From the NCBI GenBank assembly GCA_029258885.1, contig JAPDJW010000002.1, positions 352,001 to 416,000 on the forward strand: a DNA stretch of 64,000 nt. The letters are read 5' to 3'. Numbering within the stretch: position 1 is the stretch's first letter; every line of letters begins with the position of its first letter. Below are positions 10,431 to 17,749 of the stretch, one piece after another. The notes beneath the pieces are model-generated. The model had not been told where the DNA came from and ran no database searches. It saw nothing but the letters and a program-made list of their open reading frames with translations. Origin of the DNA: Thermoproteota archaeon. Lineage in GTDB: Archaea; Thermoproteota; Thermoprotei; Thermofilales; B9-G17. The position numbers and the translations under genes are program-made.

Positions 10431-10835
10431 CTACAGCCAAAGCCTAGTTATCTCTTTTATTTTATCGTATTCTTTATCTTCTGAGGCTATTCTCGTAATA
10501 TTGTGTAGGAGCATAGCTGCTGTATGTAAGGCATCCGAGGGTTTAATCTTATACTTCTGGATTATTTCAACGGATTTCTTATACTCCGGTTCACCTAGGG
10601 GTAATATTTCAACAAAGGGCAGGACTATCGTATCTATAAAATCCGTTGTTACATCATACGGGACTCTATACTTTTTCCTAGAAATATAGATTACTTCATC
10701 TAACACCAAGACGTCAGTATATGCCTTATACTTTGACAGCAGATTTAGATAAAAATCCTCATATATTCTCCTTATGCTCGGCGTCTTTACGGCGTTTAAG
10801 TATACCAGTAAGTTTGCATTCACAAAAATTTTCAT
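10431..10835 (-). CDS. vapC: VapC PIN-domain toxin
   Basis: IFVNANLLVY, VLDEV, SDALHTAA, IASEDKEYD PIN motifs (first Asp replaced by Asn). Confidence 0.88.
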   Translation of the reverse strand: MKIFVNANLLVYLNAVKTPSIRRIYEDFYLNLLSKYKAYTDVLVLDEVIYISRKKYRVPYDVTTDFIDTIVLPFVEILPLGEPEYKKSVEIIQKYKIKPSDALHTAAMLLHNITRIASEDKEYDKIKEITRLWL

Positions 10836-11134
10836 TCTTCAAATTCCTCCTCTAAGTATACTGCAGTTAGATCCCCAGGTTTAGGCTCAACTATCTCTGA
10901 AATTCCTCTTATCCTCTCTGCATGCTTCTTAAGGGCTTCTCTAAGCTTTTTCTCATCAAATTTTCTAACAGGCTTCAAGAGAATGCCATCTCTAATCTCA
11001 ACTATAACTTCATCTCCCTCCTCTATGCCAACAGCCTCCCTCACCGCCTTAGGAAGGATAATATAGCCTTTCTTACCGACTTTAAGCTTAAGAGTCAAAC
11101 CTGATCCACCTACAGTTAAACTAGGTTTAACCAA
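10832..11134 (-). CDS. AbrB/MazE-type antitoxin (VapB); likely TTG start at MTLKLKVG
   Basis: KVGKKGYIILPKAVREAVGIEEGD swapped-hairpin motif; overlaps vapC by 4 nt. Confidence 0.88.
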   Translation of the reverse strand: MVKPSLTVGGSGLTLKLKVGKKGYIILPKAVREAVGIEEGDEVIVEIRDGILLKPVRKFDEKKLREALKKHAERIRGISEIVEPKPGDLTAVYLEEEFEE

Positions 11135-11447
11135 TATAAAAGTTATGCTCTAACGGAGAGTTTCATAATTAATTGTGTTAAGGTAAACTCTTCTATTCAT
11201 TACAGCTTATAGGAAGGCCTTAGAGGAGGAAGTTGAAGACGAGTTAAATAAGCAAGGTTTCAGCATGTAATGAATTATTTGAGTACTGCTATACTGCTTC
11301 TGAAAAGTTCTAGAAAATATTGAAGAAGAGTTAGTGAAAATAAAGGCTAAGTCCTAAGTCATTCTATGGGCTCCACTTAGTATACGCGTTTAAAATATAA
11401 AAATTTTTCTGAGTAAAAATAAATATTAGTAAAATAAGTTAAATTAT

Positions 11448-12461
11448 ATGAAAGAAAGCTTTCTTGAATATTCTCTTAGAGAATCATTAGCCTGCCCTAT
11501 ATGCAGAGGATCTCTTGAAATTAGGAAAGCTACTAGACGTAACAGTGTTATTCAGAGAGCTATTTTATCTTGTGTTTCATGTAGTACCTTGTTTAAAGTT
11601 TACGCGAGAATTCCAGTTCTACTTAAGCCAGGCCAGTACGCTTGCTGGAATCATCCCCATGTAGAGGCTGTTTTCGGCTTTACTCTAGAGTCCTACGAAG
11701 AACTCTTAAGGAAATATGGTGTAGAAGAAGTTAGAAGAAGAGCTTTCAGAATACTCAGAGGAGAGTACTCTCCTCCTAAAGTATTTTTTAAAGAACCTGT
11801 TGATAGAAGACTTTTAGCTATAGGCGGCTGGCGTATTAGAAAATGCTATGTTGAAAGGCATTTAAGAAGAATTAAGGAGCAAACAAAGAGCTCCACGTCT
11901 CTCAGGAGAATGGTCGGTATTGCTAGAGAATATTCTCCATGTAAAATACTTGATATGTGTTCTGGCGGCGGATTCTTTTTAACTTGTCTTATCGAAAAAT
12001 ATAGGGACTTTAAAGAATTCTATAGCTTTGACATAGATTATAAATGTGCTAAAAGAGTTGAAGGAACTTTAACTTATTACAAGCTCTTAGACAGGTCTCT
12101 ACCCATGGTCGCTGACGCTAGAGCTATGCCGTTTAAAGAGAACTACTTTGATATAATTACCAATAATTGTGGCTTTAACCAGATTCTCGGATATACTAAA
12201 GCTGTTAAAGAAGCTTACCGCGTGCTTAAGCCCGGAGGAAAACTTATCGTAAGGGAATTCTACGGTATTACTACGTGGGACAGCGGCTTAACTCGAAGAA
12301 ATCTCGGATTTACTGTAGACGAGCTAGTAGAGCTTTACAGACACTATGACATCTATGTTAATAAAGAATCTTTTATTAAAATTTTAGAAAAAACCGGTTT
12401 TACTATAGAGCTAGTAGAAGATATTAACGATAAATACTACTTACTAGTATGTACAAAGTAG
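11448..12461 (+). CDS. Class I SAM-dependent methyltransferase with N-terminal Trm112-like Zn-ribbon
   Basis: LACPICRGSL...LSCVSC...IPVLL; ILDMCSGGG, VADARAMPF, YRVLKPGG. Confidence 0.8.
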   Translation: MKESFLEYSLRESLACPICRGSLEIRKATRRNSVIQRAILSCVSCSTLFKVYARIPVLLKPGQYACWNHPHVEAVFGFTLESYEELLRKYGVEEVRRRAFRILRGEYSPPKVFFKEPVDRRLLAIGGWRIRKCYVERHLRRIKEQTKSSTSLRRMVGIAREYSPCKILDMCSGGGFFLTCLIEKYRDFKEFYSFDIDYKCAKRVEGTLTYYKLLDRSLPMVADARAMPFKENYFDIITNNCGFNQILGYTKAVKEAYRVLKPGGKLIVREFYGITTWDSGLTRRNLGFTVDELVELYRHYDIYVNKESFIKILEKTGFTIELVEDINDKYYLLVCTK

Positions 12462-12506
12462 TTAACTCTGCCAGCGAGCTAGTTACTGTAAACGTTGTTT
12501 CGGAGC

Positions 12507-12894
12507 TTAGAGAGTAAGCGGAGCTTTTTCGGTTTTTCCGTCTAGCTCCAGTACTATTACTGTGTCGTAGGGATCTGATGCTAGCCTCGGTCGTCCTTTG
12601 AGAAATACTCTATCCTTTTTCTGCTCTACTTTTAATTCTTCTCCACTCTCCTATAGCTTCTAGTCTTTCTAGTGCTTCTGGCGGAAATGTTCCGTCGGCT
12701 CGAGGCCCTACATTCAAGAGAAGATTACCCTCGTTATTCGCACATGTTACTAGAATCTGTATTAACTGCTTAACAGACTTCCAGTTTCTGTCAGCCTCAA
12801 AGTACCCCCCAGTTATCGTTCATAGTCATACATGTTTCCCAAAGCCTTTGGGCTTAGAGGGCTTTATTACTTGCTCAGGTGTATCAAAGTCTTC
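12507..12894 (-). pseudogene. GH29 alpha-L-fucosidase remnant (C-terminal part; two frameshifts, internal deletion)
   Basis: Manual translation across frames: EDFDTPEQVI / WETCMTMNDNWG / YFEADRNWKS...LV.CA...GNLLLNVGPRADGTFP.EALERL..IGEW / DPYDTVIVLELDG. Confidence 0.85.
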
Positions 12895-12972
12895 TAGTCG
12901 CTGGACGCTTTTTCGGACAAAACCCGGACAAAATTTGTCTGATTTTCAAGATAATTTATTTGATGTAACTAT

Positions 12973-13797
12973 CTACTTTCCAGAAATTTTATCAAGAATA
13001 GCTGGCCTAACTATATCTCCGGTGGCCTTTAAAACCCAAATCCCTTCCTCTCTAGCCCTTTCTATCAGATCATGCATAGCAAGCGATACATAGATAACGG
13101 GAATAATAGTCTTCCTCACCTTTTCCGGATAATTAAGCTTAAGCTTTTCGATCTTCCTTATAAGCTCATCGACAAGAGACCTACCAGCTCTAACACTCAC
13201 CTCACCTATAATGCAAACGTCATCGGATACTCCATAAATGTTTATCTCAATTCCGGGAAGTACAAGCCTATACAAATTAACGTCTAGACCAAGCTCCCTA
13301 AGCCTATACTTGACAACCGACAACCCCTCATCCTCAATATCCAACGTAAGCTTCTCAAGCGTACGCTCAACCCTAGACAACCTATTACTGAGACTCTCAA
13401 TCATCCTATTGAAGTCTTCTCTCAGTCTTATCTGCTCTTTCCTCATTTCATTGAATTCCTCTCTTAGCCTTATTTGCTCCTTTCTCATCTCGTTGAAGTC
13501 TTCTCTCAGCTTTATCTGCTCCTTTCTTAGCTCTTCAAAGCTTTTCCTCATTTCATTGAAGTCTTCCCTTAGCTTTATCTGCTCTTTCCTCATCTCCTCA
13601 AAGCTCCTCCATAGCTTTATCTGCTCTTTCCTCATTTCGTTGAATTCTTCCCTTAGCCTTATCTGCTCCTCCATTAGATCGTCTAGTCTCTCAAGTATCT
13701 CTCTCATACCGATGTATCCGGCTACCGCATACCTAAATTCCTTATCCTCCTCAAGTAACCTTAGTATTTTTTCCTTAAGCTGACGCATACCTCCCAA
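12973..13797 (-). CDS. Archaeal heptad-repeat coiled-coil protein with C-terminal PD-(D/E)XK-like domain (DUF3782-like family)
   Basis: DKEFRYAVAGYIG N-terminus, (EQIxLRE[DE]FNEMRK)n repeats, C-terminal EINIYG...IGEVS nuclease-like motif. Confidence 0.7.
   Translation of the reverse strand: MGGMRQLKEKILRLLEEDKEFRYAVAGYIGMREILERLDDLMEEQIRLREEFNEMRKEQIKLWRSFEEMRKEQIKLREDFNEMRKSFEELRKEQIKLREDFNEMRKEQIRLREEFNEMRKEQIRLREDFNRMIESLSNRLSRVERTLEKLTLDIEDEGLSVVKYRLRELGLDVNLYRLVLPGIEINIYGVSDDVCIIGEVSVRAGRSLVDELIRKIEKLKLNYPEKVRKTIIPVIYVSLAMHDLIERAREEGIWVLKATGDIVRPAILDKISGK
13408..13668 (-). repeat. Coding tandem repeat, about six 42-bp (14 aa) units plus one 21-bp half unit
   Basis: Residues 44-130 of the 274-aa ORF; near-identical DNA units such as tttatctgctctttcctcat. 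Confidence 0.85.
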
Positions 13798-13993
13798 TTA
13801 TAGGTTAAAGAAATTAGTATTTAAAAATATATGTTATTAAAACAGACAAATCTATACCGTACCTAACGATAAGCTTCAGGTTTAAGTAGCTAAAAAGAAT
13901 TATGTTAACAATAATCTATGTTCCTATTAGAGGTAGCATCGGCAGATTTAAATTACACCTAGTGCTTATCTCTCTAAATATAGGGAGTTCTAT

Positions 13994-14779
13994 ATGAAAA
14001 GAATACTTGTAACAAATGACGACGGTATAGGTAGCATAGGATTAAGAATACTATTCAACTCCGTTAGAAGCCTTGGAACAGTATATGTTGTTGCACCAGA
14101 AGGACCTAAAAGCGCCGTGGGATTAAGCCTAACCTTACACAAGCCTTTAAGGGTTCTCCATAGGATAAAGTATGCAGAGAGAGCTTGGGTTGTAAGCGGT
14201 ACTCCATCGGACTGCATACATATAGGAATAGAGAAGATAATAGGCAGAAAACCTGACCTAGTATTATCAGGGATAAACCTAGGGGATAATACAAGCATAC
14301 AGGTTATCCTAGCCTCCGGAACAGTTGGAGCGGCCATGCAGTCGGCAATAATAGGTATACCCTCAATAGCATTCTCAACAGCCATAGATGATCCGGATAG
14401 GCTTGAAAGAAGCAGGGAATACGTTAGAATAATGAGTAGGTTTGTAAGGAGAATAGTTGAATGGGTACTGGAAAACGGCATGCCTGAGGATGTAAAGCTA
14501 CTAAACGTAAACTTCCCGCCAAAGCTAAGCGAGGATACTAAAGCAATGCTGACTAGACCAGCATTAATGAGGTTTAAGGAGAGAATAATCGAGAGAAGAG
14601 ATCCTAGAGGAAGACCATACTACTGGATATATGGAACAGTACTAGATAATCCGCAGCCTGGAACGGATGTATATGCGGTATGGGTAGAAAATAAGATATC
14701 CATTACACCAATATCAATAAATCTACAGGCGGCAAATACAGAATTCTTTAAACCTTTAGAAAAAAGATTAAACGAATAA
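13994..14779 (+). CDS. surE: 5'/3'-nucleotidase SurE
   Basis: ILVTNDDG, SGTPSDC, SGINLG, SGTVGAA, RRDPRGRPYYW. Confidence 0.95.
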   Translation: MKRILVTNDDGIGSIGLRILFNSVRSLGTVYVVAPEGPKSAVGLSLTLHKPLRVLHRIKYAERAWVVSGTPSDCIHIGIEKIIGRKPDLVLSGINLGDNTSIQVILASGTVGAAMQSAIIGIPSIAFSTAIDDPDRLERSREYVRIMSRFVRRIVEWVLENGMPEDVKLLNVNFPPKLSEDTKAMLTRPALMRFKERIIERRDPRGRPYYWIYGTVLDNPQPGTDVYAVWVENKISITPISINLQAANTEFFKPLEKRLNE

Positions 14780-15144
14780 TGACAGTAAAATTTATAATAT
14801 AAAAATCAGATATTTATTCTAAAATAAAGGCAGAAAACAATCGTGTATCTAATATCATCAAAAGTAAGGTATAAATATTGTATTGTTAGAACCGAATAGA
14901 AAATGAAATACTAATTGAATAAAAATAGAGAACTTTTTTCTAATTAAAATTATAAAATTATCCGATATATAATTAACGTATTCATGTCAAATATTTGTTT
15001 CAATAAAATATTGATTAGAATTAACATTAGAAAATTATAGATATTTGCAGTGGAAATGTTTTTGAAATATTCGTTATCGGTGAAAGTCGAAGTTAAAAGG
15101 CCTTAAAACAACGCTTTAGGAGATAGTGTTTTAAAGCTAATTTT

Positions 15145-15168
15145 GCAGTTTTGCGTCCACAAAACTGC
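15145..15168. other. Perfect 9-bp inverted repeat (GCAGTTTTG-cgtcca-CAAAACTGC)
   Basis: Read directly from the sequence; lies in a 550-bp AT-rich intergenic region. Confidence 0.7.
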
Positions 15169-15268
15169 TACAAAAAATATATGAAGTTATATCAAATATT
15201 TTTTCATAGAATGGTCGAAATTAATGTTGTATATTTTATTGAATTTAATATCCTTATAGATTTTTTGG

Positions 15269-15296
15269 TAACGTTACGTAACGTTATATAACGTTA
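15269..15296. promoter_or_regulatory. Three copies of the palindrome TAACGTTA at 10-bp period; probable operator overlapping a TATA-like TTATATAA
   Basis: Copies at 15269, 15279 and 15289; 35 nt upstream of ATG 15332. Confidence 0.55.
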
Positions 15297-15331
15297 TGCA
15301 TATTAACTTGTAACGGCATACTGTTATTATT

Positions 15332-15430
15332 ATGGCTAGCATTGCAGAGCTGATAAGGAAGGGTGAGGGAGAAACCATAGAGTTTAAGAGAAGCCTAGCC
15401 GAGCTTAGAGAGATAGTTGAGACTAAGTAA
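15332..15430 (+). pseudogene. 5' fragment of a Schlafen/AlbA_2-HATPase-wHTH gene, cut by the integrated element
   Basis: MASIAELIRKGEGETIEFKRSLAELREIVET(K*); ExxxxEFK is the AlbA_2 N-terminal motif; continues in frame at 24454. Confidence 0.9.
15413..15425 (+). repeat. attL core ATAGTTGAGACTA
   Basis: Identical 13-mer at 24454-24466; encodes IVET in both halves of the split gene. Confidence 0.92.
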
Positions 15431-15481
15431 ACGGATGTGTTGAGATAGCTTTTTATAGAACCGGATGCGAAAACTTAGCTC

Positions 15482-16864
15482 GTGATGGGGGCTACGAAAT
15501 CTCAGGTTTTAGAGGACTTCCTGAAGCTCTATTCGGATAAGACTAGTACTCCAAAGACGTACAGGTACCTCCTAGAGATATTTTTCAAGATGGCGGGAAC
15601 TACGCCTGACGATTTTGCTGAGATGGTGAAGCAAGATCCCGAGAAAGCAAAGAACTTATGCTACGATGTCCTTCACAGGATGCAGGTGGAGAAGGTGAGG
15701 GATAAGCAGAAACTGAGGGGAGGGGGATATTCCCCGAAAACTATAACGAACGCTATGGTGGCATTAAACCAGTTTCTCAGCTTCCTCAACGCTGGGTTCA
15801 GGGTCAAGGTGAGGGGGATTAAGCCTATTCCTGTAAATCTAGACTACATCCCCTCCATCGAAGAGATCGAGATATTAATCTCTAAGGCTAGGTTCGAGGT
15901 TAAGCCTATAATAGCATTGATAGCTTTCTCTGGAATGAGAATAGGAGACATCTTAAAGCTGAGGTATAAGAATATAGCTGGCGACATAGAATACATTCCC
16001 GAGGAGAAAAAGTATAGGGCTAAGAGGCTGCCTGCTAAGATCATAGTATTTCAGGAAAAGACTGGGAGACCGTACGTTACCTTCATGGGCTCGAAGTGTT
16101 GTGGAATTCTCACTACTTACCTCAACGACCTCGTTGTAAGGAGGGGGAGACCTCTCGAGGACGAGGATAAGCTGTTCAAGCTAACCTACCAAGCTTTCAT
16201 TATGGCCTTTATGAGGCTCGTCAAGAGGTGTAGCATTCAAGTTCCTTCGATCAAGAGGCTCCGTCCATACTCTCTTAGGAAATACTTTAGGCTACACGTC
16301 TCTAAGCTAGGCGAGGAGACGGCTGAGTATTTGATGGGGCATGTCCGGGGGATAAATTCACTTACCGCTACCTACACGGGGCTACGTGACTTAGATCGCC
16401 GCGCGGTAGAGGAGCTCAGGAAGAGGTTTGCTGAAATACTCCCTGAACTTGAAGGAACTGCGTTCATGTTCAAGGAGGAAGTAGAGAAGCTACATCGGCA
16501 ACAGCAGGAAGAGCTGGAGAGGCTACGAAGGGAGGTCGAGTACTTGAGGGAGGCTCATAACAAGCTCCTCAAAATTCTCACGTGGGATGTCTTAGAGCCC
16601 CACGACCTGAAGAAGATATTCAGCTTCGCCTACGAGATAGCTGGCAAGAGGCTCCGTGAAACGTACTTGAAAGAGGACGAGGAACGGGTGAAAAGGGATT
16701 TTGAGGATGCGGCTAGGGTCGTAGCTAGGAGTATTGAAACTATGAAGGAGAGGAAATACGTTATTGCAAGAGGGGAAGCAGATCTCCTCAACTACCTCGA
16801 AATAGGCTACGAGCTAGTGAAGGAGCTGTCTGGAAACAGGTTTCTGCTCAGGAGACCAAAGTAG
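15482..16864 (+). CDS. Tyrosine integrase (intact, not SSV-type split) with C-terminal coiled-coil extension
   Basis: FSGMRIGD (R), QEKTG (K), PYSLRKYF (HxxR variant), YLMGH, TATY (Y); TTTTATAG box at 15451. Confidence 0.9.
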   Translation: MMGATKSQVLEDFLKLYSDKTSTPKTYRYLLEIFFKMAGTTPDDFAEMVKQDPEKAKNLCYDVLHRMQVEKVRDKQKLRGGGYSPKTITNAMVALNQFLSFLNAGFRVKVRGIKPIPVNLDYIPSIEEIEILISKARFEVKPIIALIAFSGMRIGDILKLRYKNIAGDIEYIPEEKKYRAKRLPAKIIVFQEKTGRPYVTFMGSKCCGILTTYLNDLVVRRGRPLEDEDKLFKLTYQAFIMAFMRLVKRCSIQVPSIKRLRPYSLRKYFRLHVSKLGEETAEYLMGHVRGINSLTATYTGLRDLDRRAVEELRKRFAEILPELEGTAFMFKEEVEKLHRQQQEELERLRREVEYLREAHNKLLKILTWDVLEPHDLKKIFSFAYEIAGKRLRETYLKEDEERVKRDFEDAARVVARSIETMKERKYVIARGEADLLNYLEIGYELVKELSGNRFLLRRPK

Positions 16865-16942
16865 CTGGCTAGCAGAACCGAGACAAACATAAGCGTCAGG
16901 CATTCCAGAAAATGGAATTTTGGAGGATTTGAGCTAAGTAAA

Positions 16943-17393
16943 ATGCGAATTCACGAGGCATTAAAGGAAACAGCTCATGGAGAGGAAGGGGATGTATGCT
17001 TTCAGGATCCCCGTCTCCGGATCGAGGGATCTCCCCGACGTCTTTGCAGTAGACAGCTACGGGAAAGCCGTCTACGCCTTCGAAATAAAATCTACCACGA
17101 GGCGGGTGGTGAAGGTGAAGAGGAAGCAGATCACTAGACTGCTCCGCTTCTGCAAAGCTTTCGAGAGGATAGCTAAGACTGCCGCCCTCCTCGCAGTGTA
17201 CAGCTACAGGCTGAGGCGCTGGTTCGTCTGGGAGGTAGACAAGTCGGCTCCATACTACTCTGAGGCGGTGATAGTGCTAGATTTCCAGAACTCGGGGGCA
17301 GTAGTGAGGAAAGGCGATTTTTTAAATCGGGGGATCTATAGCGAAATGTTCACGAAGCTCCTGAATCCCAAGCGTGGGAGTTTTCAGCGGTAA
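16943..17393 (+). CDS. Hjc-like Holliday junction resolvase (PD-(D/E)XK); probable +1 frameshift near 16963-16965
   Basis: G-MYAFR-IPVSG...LPDVFA...FEIKST. Removing one A joins MRIHEAL from ATG 16943 and restores the E-x10-G spacing of Hjc. Confidence 0.75.
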
Positions 17394-17458
17394 TACAGAC
17401 AGAATTCTAAAACTTGGTTTTCGGCTGAAAATTCCCCTTCCTTCAAATCCTCTAAAAC

Positions 17459-17740
17459 TCAGCGGCGGTAGTAGTATTCCTCGCTCTCGGGTTGCCTCCC
17501 GAAGATAGCTGAGAGAACTACCCAGAGGAAGAGGAAGATGAACAGGTACGGGAGCCCGGTGTAGACGAAGGAGTCGACGATGCTCTTTATGCTGTTGGCG
17601 CTCGCCTCCCAGCGGGTTCCGCTGACGTTGAAGAGCGGGAGGATCTGCGTGTCGATGACGTTGTAGTACACCATGTCGATGAGGTAGTAGAGCACTGAAA
17701 ACATCAGCACGACGAACATTAGGACGGCGATGATCCTCAC
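17459..17740 (-). CDS. Two-TM hydrophobic protein; putative minor capsid protein, paralogue of 20725-20991
   Basis: Hydrophobic helix - NVSGTRW loop (N-x-S sequon) - hydrophobic helix; AGGTGA RBS. Confidence 0.6.
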   Translation of the reverse strand: MRIIAVLMFVVLMFSVLYYLIDMVYYNVIDTQILPLFNVSGTRWEASANSIKSIVDSFVYTGLPYLFIFLFLWVVLSAIFGRQPESEEYYYRR

Positions 17741-17749
17741 CTAAATCAC

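Noticed and set aside
11190-11360. Coding-like fragments (AYRKALEEEVEDEL..., LENIEEELVKIK)
   Set aside because: Too short and interrupted to assign to any family.
12800-12860. Programmed -1 frameshift as in Saccharolobus solfataricus fucA1
   Set aside because: The GGGAAAC heptamer is not in the required frame, and the gene also has a second frameshift, an internal deletion and no 5' half.
13408-13668. Regular repeats as a CRISPR array
   Set aside because: They are in-frame coding repeats without unique spacers.
7900-15330. dif site for XerA
   Set aside because: I found no convincing 11-6-11 imperfect palindrome by eye, and archaeal dif sites need not be near xerA.
15300-15480. tRNA gene or split (SSV-type) integrase at the attachment sites
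   Set aside because: No tRNA-like sequence at attL or attR; the integrase is intact and wholly inside the element.
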